Origin: Paraphysomonas bandaiensis
Lineage: Eukaryota > Protista > Chrysophyceae
DNA length: 64,000 nt
Direction of reading: 5' to 3'
Assembly: GCA_965644295.1 (NCBI GenBank)
Contig: CBFFRP010000354.1
Location: 1 to 64,000 of the forward strand
Part shown: piece by piece, positions 1 to 11,945 of the stretch
Numbering within the stretch: the stretch's first letter is position 1
How the letters are laid out: each line of letters starts with the position of its first letter
Notes under the pieces: model-generated
The model's database searches: none
Told to the model about the DNA's origin: nothing
Seen by the model: the letters and a program-made list of their open reading frames with translations, nothing else
Program-made: the position numbers and the translations under genes

Positions 1-53
1 ACACGAACCTGTCTGCCATGAATGTCTGTTATGCTTGATTACATGTACGTACG

Positions 54-905
54 TATATATAATGGTTGCGGAAGGAAACCTGTGACTTCAACTCGCCTCA
101 ATAGCGGTGGCGACTGCTATTGGGACACAGTCGATCGTCATGAAAAGATGTGACCTTCCCAACCTTCATATGTTATACTTGTTTGTTCGGTCTGTGATAT
201 CCACTCGTGTCAGTAGCGGTGGCGACTGCTATTGGCGCAGGGTTGTCATGAAAAGATGTCGACAGAACTTACTTGTATGTTATACTGTATATATAATGGT
301 TGCGGAAGGAAACCTGTGACTTCAACTCGCCTCAATAGCGGTGGCGACTGCTATTGGGACAGTGTCGTCATGAAAAGATGTGACCTTCCCAACCTTCATA
401 TGTTATACTTGTTTGTTCGGTCACCTGTGATATCCACTCGTGTCAGTAGCGGTGGCGACTGCTATTGGCGCAGGGGTTGTCATGAAAAGATGTCGACAGA
501 ACTTACTTGTATGTTATACTGTATATATAATGGTTGCGGAAGGAAACCTGTGACTTCAACTCGCCTCAATAGCGGTGGCGACTGCTATTGGGACAGTGTC
601 GTCATGAAAAGATGTGACCTTCCCAACCTTCATATGTTATACTTGTTTGTTCGGTCACCTGTGATATCCACTCGTGTCAGTAGCGGTGGCGACTGCTATT
701 GGCGCAGGGTTGTCATGAAAAGATGTCGACAGAACTTACTTGTATGTTATACTGTATATATAATGGTTGCGGAAGGAAACCTGTGACTTCAACTCGCCTC
801 AATAGCGGTGGCGACTGCTATTGGGACAGTGCCTTCAACTCGCCTCAATAGCGGTGGCGACTGCTATTGGGACAGTGTCGTCATGAAAAGATGTGACCTT
901 CCCAA
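54..905. repeat. Tandem satellite, ~234-bp unit made of two related ~117-bp subunits, ~3.6 copies
   Basis: AATGGTTGCGGAAGG recurs at 61, 295, 529 and 762. TAGCGGTGGCGACTGCTATTGG...GTCATGAAAAGATGT occurs twice per unit. Confidence 0.95.
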
Positions 906-1084
906 TCTGCACGTGTTGCATCCGTGTATTCTGTGCCCATGGTCTTTTGCTTGCAGTAAAATACATATCTATTATAAATATACATTAACTATTGAAATAT
1001 ATTGTACAGATATATTTACTATTAGCATGAAAGAACCAGTGCCATGTTGAAGACCTTTATGTCCGCCTGCTGCATGCATTATGT

Positions 1085-2912
1085 GGTAAGAGTGAGATGG
1101 TATAGTGTATATAGTTAGATGGTATAGGGATGTATAGTGAGATAGTATAGTGGCATATATTGAGATGGTATAGTGGTATATATTGATATGGTATAGTGGT
1201 ATATAGTGATATGGTATAGTGGTATATTGTGAGATGGTATAGTGGTATATTGTGATATGGTATAGTGGTATATTGTGAGATGGTATAGTGGTATATTGTG
1301 AGATGGTATAGTGGTATATAGTGATATGGTATAGTGTTATATAGTGAGATGGTATAGTGGTATATAGTGGGATGGTATCTGCGTGTATTGTGAGATGGTA
1401 CAATGGTTGTATAGTGAGATGGTATAGTGTATATAGTTAGATGGTATATGGGTGAATCGTAATATGGTATAGTGGCATATGGTGAGATGGTATAGTGATA
1501 TGGTATAGTAGTGGTATATAGTGAGATGGTATAGTGGTATATAGTGAGATGGTATAGTGGTGAATAGTAATATGGTGTAGGGATGTATAGTGAGATGGTA
1601 TATTAGCATAGTTAGATGGCATAGTGATATATAGTTAGATGGTATAGTGCTATAATATAGTGAGATGGTATAGTGATGTATAGTGAGATAGTATAGTGAC
1701 ATATGGTGAGATGGTATAGTGGTATATAGTGAGATGGTATAGTGGTATATAGTGGGATGGTATCTGGGTATATAGTGAGATGGTACAGTGGTTGTATAGT
1801 GAGATGGTATAGTGGTATATTGTGAGATGGTATAGTGGTATATTGTGAGATGGTATAGTGGTATATAGTGATATGGTATAGTGTTATATAGTGAGATGGT
1901 ATAGTGGTATATAGTGAGATGGTACAGTGGTTGTATAGTGCGATGGTACAGTGGTTGTATAGTGAGATGGTATAGTGTATATAGTTAGATGGTATATGGG
2001 TGAATCGTAATATGGTATAGTGGCATATGGTGAGATGGTATAGTGATATGGTATAGTAGTGGTATATAGTGAGATGGTATAGTGGTATATAGTGGGATGG
2101 TATAGTGGTGAATAGTAATATGGTGTAGGGATGTATAGTGAGATGGTATATTAGCATAGTTAGATGGCATAGTGATATAATATAGTGAGATGGTATAGTG
2201 ATGTATAGTGAGATAGTATAGTGACATATGGTGAGATGGTATAGTGGTATATAGTGAGATGGTATAGTGGTATATAGTGGGATGGTATCTGGGTGTATAG
2301 TGAGATGGTACAGTGGTTGTATAGTGAGATGGTATCTGGATGTATAGTGAGATGGTATAGTGACATATGGTGAGATGGTATCGTGGTATATAGTGAGATG
2401 GTATAGTGGGATGGTATCTGGGTGTGTAGTGATATGGTACAGTGGTTGTATAGTGAGATGGTGTAGTGGTATATAGTGAGATGGTATATTAGCATAGTTA
2501 GATGGCATAGTGATATATAGTTAGATGGTATAGTGGTATAATATAGTGAGATAGTATAGTGGCATATGGTGAGATGGTATAGTGATATATAGTGATATGG
2601 TATAGTAGTGGTATATAGTGAGATGGTATAGTGGTATATAGTGAGATGGTATAGTGGTATATAGTGGGATGGTATAGTGGTGAATAGTAATATGGTATCT
2701 GGATGTATAGTGAGATGGTATATTAGCATAGTTAGATGGCATAGTGATATATAGTTAGATGGTGCAGTGGTTGTATAGTGAGATGGTATAGTGGTATATA
2801 GTGAGATAGTATAGTGGTATATAGTGAGATGGTATAGTGATGTATAGTGAGATGGTATAGTGGTATAATATAGTGATGTATAGTGAGGTAGTATATGGGT
2901 GTATAGTGAAAT
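1085..2912. repeat. Strand-asymmetric minisatellite, consensus ~ATAGTGAGATGGTATAGTGGTAT (23 bp), left part
   Basis: Dozens of degenerate copies with almost no C on the + strand. A higher-order block duplication is visible (GGTGAATCGT variant at 1451 and 1999). Confidence 0.95.
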
Positions 2913-3894
2913 ATAAAAGAATATCTGATTATTACATGAGAACGGTTGCGTACAGAAACTAGTTTTACATCTATAGAATAACTAATAACTCGACTTACTA
3001 TATACTACTATTAGCGGGCTACCGTCTCGGGACTGCTTGTGCATCGCTGCGAGCACCATGGTTCAACCGTCCCTTGCAGTGAGGTTAATCGGGGGGTCTG
3101 CCTTTGGGCAGTGTGTCTGCCGGGCCTGTATCGTGAGTTTTACGGGGGATGGTTGGGGCTAGATGTATATGAGAGTGTAAGTCGGTGGTGTAGATGGTGC
3201 TCGTTGTCGAGGTGGGATTTCGACCACAAGTAAGGAGGAGTTGTTTCCGGAGTGGTGGTGCTTGTCTCTGTCGGGTTCGGACTCTTGCAGCGGATAGAAT
3301 TCTTGGGGTGGATGTCGCTAGGAGTAGTTGGAGTATTTTTGGTGTCGGGTGAGTATCCTGCGACGGGCGTTGCTGTGAGTGTGGTGGGGTCGTAATCGGT
3401 GTTACTGATGCCGTGTCTGTGTTGTGATGTCTGAGACCTCTGTTTCGAAGCATGCGGAGCCCTCCACCATATAGGGGAAGGAGGATAGAGGTTACGGATT
3501 TTTCGAGAACGTGGAACTGATGTTCGAGCAGTGAGCTGGATATGTGGCGTCCGAATGCGTCGGTCAATTGTGTGGCAGTAATGTGGCCGGTCCAGTAGCG
3601 CTCAGCCTGGGGTGTGTGTGGATTCCATGCGGCTTTTGCTAGTTTGATTATGGCGGTGTGGAACCAGGGATGGGGGAGCGTGCGTGTGCGAAGTTTGTCG
3701 AACTTGTGGTGTGCTTGGTGAACATCTTCACGTATGTGAGTGAGGTCGGGGTGTGTGCAGGTGAGAAGCATGTGTGCCATGTTGTCGATTGGGAGTGCAC
3801 AGTCTGCGCATGCTGAGGCCGTTGTTATGTGATCAGGCCCGGTTTTCCCTTTGGCTTGATTTCTGCCCATCGCGTATGATTTGTCCCATACGTA
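2913..3894 (-). mobile_element. 5'-truncated non-LTR retrotransposon (LINE) 3' fragment encoding the C-terminal zinc knuckle
   Basis: GC-rich island inside the minisatellite. The reading frame is open from the 3894 junction (YVWDKSYAMGRNQAKG...) to 3085 and contains CADCALPIDNMAHMLLTC (CxxC-x8-H-x4-C). Flanked by the direct repeat GGTGTATAGTGAAAT at 2898-2912 and 3895-3909. Confidence 0.8.
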
Positions 3895-4280
3895 GGTGTA
3901 TAGTGAAATGGTATATGGGTGTATAGTGAGATAGTGTAGTGATGTATAGTTAGGTGGTATAGTGGTATACAGTAGATGGTATAGTGGTATAATATAGTGG
4001 GATGGTATAGTGATGCATAGTAATATGGTATGGGTGTATAGTGAGATGGTATATGGGTGTATAGTGAGATGGTATATGGGTGTATAGTGAGATAGTGTAG
4101 TGATGTATAGTTAGGTGGTATAGTGGCATACAGTAGATGGTATAGTGGTATAATATAGTGGGATGGTATAGTGATGCATAGTAATATGGTATGGGTGTAT
4201 AGTGAGATGGTATATGGGTGTATAGTGAGATGGTATGTGGGTGTATTCTGAGATGGTGTAGTGGTGTTTAGTGAGATGGT
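3895..4280. repeat. Same minisatellite, right part
   Basis: ATAGTGAGATGGTAT units resume after the insertion. Confidence 0.93.
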
Positions 4281-4678
4281 TATAGTTCATACTTGTGAAC
4301 TGTATGTAATATATATGTGTAGTCGGTGACTTTTATTGCTGTAAAACTGAAGTAATATGGAAGAAATTAGTAAAAAATATTATAAATAATACTCTTCACA
4401 CTGTTATTAACTTCATAGTTACTTATTGTGCATAGTTATACCCTTTTCCGACCATCACCAAAAATTTCACCAGGTTTTACATCAAAACCCAGGTTTTGGT
4501 ATTACCTCGACTTATAACTAAGTTAGCAATGCTTAAGGGAGGGCCACATTGTCTATTATGATCGGTATTATCTACTTACTACTTAGGTATTAATGGCTAT
4601 AATAGCCGGAAAAGGTTCCATCAATGGTTACCAGGCCCTGGAATATTGCTGGAATATGCAGTAGACAGTAGTACAACC

Positions 4679-5185
4679 CTCAACAAAGTCGGACTCGCAC
4701 CTTTTCGTGGTGTTCTGGGGGATAAGTACCGGAGTTATTTCTCTGGGAAACTAACGTGAGCCGCAAACATAGTCAGCAGATATTCTTCTGCCCACTCATA
4801 GCCGAATGCTTGTGTGGTACAAGGGACACCAATAAGTGTCACTTGTGTAGACGTCTTTGGGCCCTGACGAATAAACAGGCATCCGGGAATGGGTCCACCT
4901 CAAGGGCATCCGGGACAGGCCCCACCTGAAGGGTAACCGGGGTATTGGGCTGCTTGCTGAAGTCAAGCATCCGGGATGTTCACCTTAAGAACTCAGAGCG
5001 GAAGTGGTCGCACCTTGGTGCTTGCGACGACGCACAAGCAGCTTCCGTAGCGTTAAATAGTAGGATAAAAAAGTGTGTACTGATTAGTTACAGGTAGAGG
5101 TCTAACTAGTTTGTCTAGCATTCATCTAGTTACTAAGTTAGTGCAGGTTTTTAACGCCTATTGCTAATAATAAGACTTTCAATAT
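4679..5185 (+). mobile_element. Dispersed ~500-bp non-coding repeat (family A), full-length copy with 13-bp TSD
   Basis: Near-identical to 41784-42273. Flanked by CAGTAGTACAACC at 4666-4678 and 5186-5198. Ends in TAAGACTTTCAATAT. Strand assigned from the truncation polarity of other copies. Confidence 0.85.
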
Positions 5186-5697
5186 CAGTAGTACAACCTC
5201 TATAAGAAATTTTATGAAATATTAGAAATTTGTTGTTTACGAGACTTTAAACTTGTCTTACAGAACACTAATTTCTAGCGAGATGGAAACAAAAAACAAA
5301 ATGTATCTATTTAAAATATAGAAACTACCACTGTACATGTACTCTTATTCAGTAGCACACGAAAAAAAAACTAACATTGTACTGAAATTTGTGACTCTGT
5401 TTTTCAAATCACGAGGATTGGAAATAGTTAAAATGGATAAATAATTTTAATAGAAGCAAAGAAGTCTGTGACATATGACAATGAAAAATTTTGCGTTGAT
5501 CAACCCGAGTCATTATATCTGCCGCTGTAAAAACTTCAAGGCTAGTCATGCTCGAGCACCATACGCCATCGTGGACTCAATTCAAAAATGTAATATATCA
5601 TATTCGCATCGAGGGTTCAAATAACACGTGGTGGTATTTTCTACTCACGATACGAGGTATACGGTTAAAACTATGTTACAGGTAGTCTTATCAGTGC

Positions 5698-7321
5698 CTA
5701 GTTTCTTCCGCTCATGTACTCATTTATGATCCTCTCCATTACAGCATCTGCAAGCTGATATACTTCTTCCCATCTCAGATCCCAGGCATCGTGCTTATTG
5801 AGTGCCCTGGCCGACGATATATCGTCTTGCATAGCTCCTTGCAGCGCGTGACACAGCTGCGTTTCCCTATCCCAACGAGGATCACAACCAGTAACAGATG
5901 CTTCAGGTGATGCTGAGAAGACTTTCATTCTATCGCGCGCCATCTTCTGCATCAAGATGCGGCTGTCACCTTCAGCAAACTTGCAACACTGTAAGAAGTC
6001 TGTTTGGCCAAACCCAGTCTGCTTCATTAGAGCGTAGGAACCAACCTCATTTTTTAATTGATGTGTGTATGTGATTGCCTCTTCAACAGCTTTCACTTTG
6101 GCCACTGCGATAGCCTCCACGAGCTTTACGCTGGGAACAGAGTTGCTACGGAGGGTAGCGCAGAGATCTTCCTCACATGCCTTCACAAAATTTTCGACTT
6201 GTCCGCACACATCCTCGGCCTCAGTGTAAAGTTGTCGCAGCTGTGGGATATCAGATAGTGGAACAGATCCCTCTCCGCGAGGAGACCAGCACAATTTTTC
6301 ATCCGTGTACTTCTTCGTTGTTCGAAAGAGTTCTCGCCGAAACTCCAGAGCCGCCTGCGCAACTGCAACTCGGCCTGTGAAGAGACGCTGTCCGATCATA
6401 TGGAAAACAGGCATGTTATCTATTTTCTGCACGTATTCATGTTCTCCTGAATCCCCTTTAACTATATCTGCATATCGGTTCAACAGTGCAGACCGAGGCA
6501 CACGCAGCTCCTCAAACGCGATCCAAGCATTGTCAAGGTCGTTTCCAACCGTCTTCGGGCCCATGTCTCCAAGAGTAACACCTGGAACCAATTCGCCTTT
6601 CTTTCTTAGATCAGTTAAGAAAGCGTGTGGACCAAATGATTTCCCGTTCATACGGAGGTCAGCTACAACTACCGTCTTGTCAGCGACTAGTCCTTGGGAA
6701 ATCCAATTCTTATGCGCGCCTTTATGTGGGGAATTTAATACAAACTCCTCTGTAGCGCCATCCCACTCGGCAACAGTATTTACGATCATACCAGAATTCA
6801 CACCCGCAAACTTCTCTGTCAAAGAAAAGCATCCTAGCTCACCATTCTCTTGCATCTGATCCAGCGATGCAATCTGTTCATCGTTTCCAAGACCAAGAAC
6901 AGTACCTGCACAAAGATTGTAATGTACAGTAAATCGAATCCAAAATCCTGGACCCAAAGATGGTGAATGCTGAGCTAACAACCGGTGAGCAAGAAAAAAA
7001 CGCTCTGGACAATGCAGTAGATCAGTATGTCGGAGTAGCCCTGTCTTAATAAGTGAACGCAGTCTATTGGCTGATTCCTCATATGAGACATTATCCACAT
7101 CCATTCGGGCTACATCGATCGTTTGTTCCTATCCGTAGACGTGCGTTAAGTCTGTTGTGAGAGTGGTTAGTATAGTAAGGGTGTACCTTAAATGCCTCCG
7201 TCCATTGATCGATTGACATGTTTGGTATAGATACAGTAGAATGCATCATAGATCTTGCTATTGCCTTTCCAGTTATATGAGGGATGAAGCGCATGAACCC
7301 TCGAGTGTACTGGAGGGCCAT
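5698..7321 (-). CDS. Acyl-CoA oxidase/dehydrogenase family protein (~521 aa, 2 exons)
   Basis: Motifs VHYNLCAGTVLGLG, GCFSLTE, KNWISQG, MGPKTVGNDLDN, GRVAVA and FAEGDSRILMQK. In-frame GT-AG intron at 7129-7186. Confidence 0.9.
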
Positions 7322-9267
7322 GATTAACTGGAATAATCTCTATCGAACAATCTCTTGATATTTAATATATAGAATGATCCAATCACTATGATAGTGAGAC
7401 TGTGATCTATCTATAGGCTTTCACGTATAGGATATACGTCTTTAAATGCTATAGACTTTTCCACAGAACAATCGAAGTGAATTGAATTCATATATAGAAA
7501 AAGAAAGTAAAAGTATATGAATATGATGGGAAGAGATTCACTTTATACTTCAAAGATTCCCTTCTGCGAACATATGGCATGTCCACAAAGAATATTTCAT
7601 CCTCATCATCAGCAGATTTCATCCGAAAATACAGCAATTTTTTTTAGCTATACTGTTGCTTGTTACTTATATATGTCCCTTTCTAACTATAGACGTCCCT
7701 TATCATTGAGGAGGTCTGCTGTATCATACAGCCCCATAGCCAGAGCTTACTAAATGGTTCTGTGGTTTAGTTGTTATCTAACAATTACCTCTTCTAAATG
7801 TTTCTACTACTGATTTGAGTAATTGTCACAACAATCCTCAAAACAGTGTTCATAATGGAACCTGAACTAGTTACAAAAGCTTGTGTGAATGCGTGGAATG
7901 TATTATCAAGCTTGAATTAATATGCCTTGTCATACAGATGTAACATAAATTTTATAATGGAAAGAAGAACCTGTTCAATGGGAAGTAATCATATATTGAA
8001 TGGACTGAACGGTGTTGGGAACACTGATCGCGGCGTGTGTTTCAAGAGCCTCACTTGACAGTGCAAGGATTGCACTGACGATAACAAGGAAATTAAGATA
8101 ATCCTTCTTCTGTTTGTACATCCCCATCATGAAGCATGATAAGGAAGAGGTGGCTACTTTTCGGTACACATTTTAAATGTTCTTGGTCAGTTTTTGGGAA
8201 AATCCCGAAAAGGGGACGTTATCATCATGACGACTGTCTCCAATGTCAGTACTGCGGAATATAATTTTGAATCCCACTCTTAACAGTCGGGGATGCCGAT
8301 GTACTATAATTTTAATTGCGGATTGTTTACTATATCTCAAATCCGTTCTCCTCACCTACCTGAATTGCAGAGGTGTATTGCTATGCACTGTATAAAGGAC
8401 GTTAGTGCAACCACCTATAAGTTTGCGATTGGCGCCTTTCTTATCCCTTTGAATGCTCGTAAAACATTCTTAAACATAATATAATTAAATCTGAAACTTA
8501 AATAATCAATTCTAGCCTATATAAAACGTAGACCAGAGGTGTACATTCGATTTCATATATTTCAATTCTAAATGGCCGAGGATATTAGTGCTCGTGAATC
8601 AAAGTTATAGCTTAGCAGAGTTATCAGCACAAGCTCAAAGGTTTTAACAACTTCATTCCGTTTTTACGTTAGTGGACTGTGTTCGTCGCTCTAATAGGTG
8701 TTGAAAAAGCGAACCAGAAAGACAGCGTCTCACTCAGACGATATTACACGTGTTTTTATTTCTATCTGTCCCAATATGAACATTAGAATGGGTAAACTAA
8801 ATTAACTGTACGTGAGTTCATTTAGTAGTCAATTGTGAAAACTATACTCAACATCTCAACATCTCATCATTCATTGAAATTCGCTATATTTTGTATTCTC
8901 TCTACTATCTACTATCAATCAATATTATATATAGAGATATAATACAGGCAATATATTATACGATACAGGAGGGTGGGAGTATATAGTGTAGTCAGCTACC
9001 AGCTACAGTATGATAGCAGCATACAGCATACCATTGTGCTTCGTGTTGTGCAAGTGTGTAGGATGTAGGATATGTACAGTCCAAGATATACAGTATCATA
9101 AACCGGCTTAGCGTAATTTAATACTTATATACTATACACTTGGTTGATTGGATTCGTGCCCTATGTTAGTCAAAATCATCAACACTACATAAAATAAACT
9201 ACGCACTACAACATCCTCGCTTGGAAAAGCGCTCTCTAGTACACAAACAAAAAGCATAAATTAGCTA

Positions 9268-9796
9268 CTATTTCACAGCATTGCCATCACTTGTATCTTG
9301 TCCACGAAGGTTGGCAATAAGAGACTCGGCTGTAATGCACCACATAGAGCCTGGACAGTATTTCATCCAGCCAGTCCAGCTCATCTGCTCCGGATTAGCG
9401 ATACAATGCAAATGGAGGTGATCGATACTATTAAATGGGGGAACATGAAAACTATACTGTGCATTATCCGCATCATTTCCCAATGATTTGCGGCCAAACT
9501 ACAACATATTTAAATCAAACATGTGGACTGTGATATAGACTGTGTTGTTTTACCTCAACCATTTCCTCAATAAGTGATGCACCTTCAGGTCCAGCTAGAG
9601 AGTTAATATTTTGAATATGTTCTCTTGGAGAGACCAATATATGATTATGTGTAACTGGAGCAATAGTTTTGAAAGCAACAAATATATCGTTCGATAAGAC
9701 AATAGTGCCTGGCTCCTTTAAATCACATATACGACAAAACAAACATGAAACTATCTTTCCTGTTGCATCATAAGTAACACCCTTTCGAAGTGTCAT
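9268..9796 (-). CDS. HINT3: Histidine triad nucleotide-binding protein, HINT3-like (2 exons)
   Basis: CLFCRI zinc motif, HILVSPREHI and FHVPPFNSIDHLHLH. Intron at 9499-9553, phase 0. Confidence 0.88.
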
Positions 9797-10333
9797 TTAA
9801 TATGACACAATATATTATATGAATTGATTATTGAGTGAATGAATTCAATCTTATTGTATATTATGCTAGCTATATATACATGAACTGCATGGCTGTGTTG
9901 TGTGTGATGATCTCCAGCTGCATATCCGTGTGTCTGTATAACAGCAGTGGGGATTTTTGCTTGTCTGGATTTTTTCAAGCAGATAAGCGTATTTTCTTGG
10001 TACATTCGGAACAATTTCTCAAAATCCAGTGGATTTTGTTTGGCATTTCAGCACACACTTCTACAGCCCTCTATATACCTGTATACGAGAGCAGTTTGTC
10101 TGTACATGTAGGGCAGAGAGAAACTTAACGACCAATCGTTCACATGAAGAAAAATATGATTGGATATAAAGGAGTGGTGACCCACTGGACTGAATGCGAG
10201 CTGTCAACTGCCCAGATAACACCCATTTAATATAGCAGATACAGTCATACTAAATCCTACTTTCCATCAGCTTGACTAGAGCCTAATCATACCAATACTC
10301 ATAACTAGTAGAATACGAACTAACTGTATTGAA

Positions 10334-11945
10334 ATGGATAATGTTGTATTTGGTAGAGAGAATGTGTCTCAAATTCGAAGCCCTCTACATGGTAACGGCA
10401 TATGTGCAACCAAACCCATATTTGCAGGAGATATGATATTCTGTGAATTACCCTCTTTGTTCTTGCAAACAATTCCGAATAAGCAAGATGTTTTAGTGTG
10501 TTCTAACTGTGCACGATTTGTGGGATCGTATGGAACACAGTTGTCCTTGTTGACGAGAGAGGCTCAGCGACAGCAGTATCTGTACGATTCACAAAATTTC
10601 GAGGGAGATGCGACTCTGTCATCCATCATTCCATGTTTCCACCAGTGCGGGGAAGTATACTGCTCGGATAAATGCCGCAACATTCATTATCATAATGGCC
10701 ACTCACTCTGCTGCACAGGACAAATATCTGAGGTACATAGATTCTTATGACTATGCACATACTTTGTTCTAATAATTACGCCTTAGGAAGATGCCGCAGA
10801 GCATTCACTCATACAATTTAAGCAACATGCTGTAGAAACTAATGAAATATTTCTCTTAGTTGGTGACTTGTTTGCACGTGTGTGTGCTCGCTCAGATGCG
10901 GCAGAAGGAGAACTTAAATGTGAAGCCGTCCGCTCTGTGCTGGAGCCATACGAGTGCTTTGTTAGACATGCCTGGTGGGAAGTAGCGCTTGTCAATAATG
11001 GAAATTGTACTGCAGCCGAACAGGATAATCTTCGCAGAACGCTTTATCGGCTTGTACAGGAATCGTGGGGCATTCTCAATCGAGCCCTCTGTCTCGAAGA
11101 AAGAGGCCTCGCTGGTCTTCTCTCTGCAGAGTACATGGCCAGGTGGGAAACTATTGTGTAATTAATTGCAGCCTTATTTATGTGCGCGTGTAGAACTATT
11201 GGGATGTTTGAGCAGAACAATGTCGGGGTGCGACTCTCAAACCCCCTCGTTGAGTATATCGAATGTCTTGACAAAGAATCACCTGCTGTCAAGGAGGTCC
11301 TTATGAGTGCAAACCTTATTGCTAGCTGTATTGAAGGTGAACCATTAGTATTGTATACCGTTACTGTATTAATATATATGCAGCGGAGGCGTCGATGTGT
11401 GAGGATGAGGATGAAGAAGAGGTAGACGAAGTGGATGTAGTAGATGTGACTTGTTCCATGGACACCCCTCCAGAGCAGAAGGTAGACGAGGAGGAGGTCA
11501 TGAGTGACGAAGATAACAGTGATTACTCTACACTACGGTCACTGGTGGAGGAAGTTGGAGTGGAGTGCATGTTCCCTCCGTTGGATGGGACCGCTTTTTA
11601 TACTACCATCTGCAAAATTAATCACTCCTGTGTACCCAATGTTCTGGTGCAATACACATCTCACGCCGAGTATGGGCTGTGTGCAATGATAGTCGCCCTT
11701 CGAGATATAGCTGAGGGGGAAGAGTTGGTACAGTCCTACATCGACCAAACACTAGGTACGTACAATATTGGATTTCTTCACTCCTCGCATTTTCTAATAG
11801 TTACGTTTTAGATACGGAAGAACGACAAACCTTGCTTAGAGACTATGGCTTCCGATGCACATGTGAGCGATGTGTTGCTGACTCATCAAATACTGTTTCA
11901 CAGAGTACGGTCCCTAATTTATCTTTTTGCCAATCATGTAATTAA
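10334..11945 (+). CDS. SET/MYND lysine methyltransferase, SMYD5-like (5 exons)
   Basis: HGNGICATK, MYND-like CSNC and CGEVYCSDKC, acidic insert, KINHSCVPN, EELVQSYID and post-SET YGFRCTCERC. Approximate introns 10733-10787, 11143-11193, 11338-11383 and 11756-11811. Confidence 0.88.

Noticed and set aside
100-870. CRISPR-like array (constant TAGCGGTGGCGACTGCTATTGG with intervening segments)
   Set aside because: The intervening segments alternate between two sequences rather than being unique. No cas genes are present and the context is eukaryotic.
972-2742. His/Tyr/Thr/Ile-rich ORFs on the - strand
   Set aside because: They are translations of the minisatellite, open in several frames.
2913-2975. 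Shared 3' end between the LINE and family A
   Set aside because: Only short AT-rich matches (ACTAGTTT, TAATAAT), which is not significant.
4860-4985. Hammerhead ribozymes in family A (CTGACGA, CTGAAGG, CTGAAGT/A motifs between short stems)
   Set aside because: The required GAAA and a clear NUH cleavage triplet are missing (TAAA or TAA instead). Not supportable without covariance modelling.
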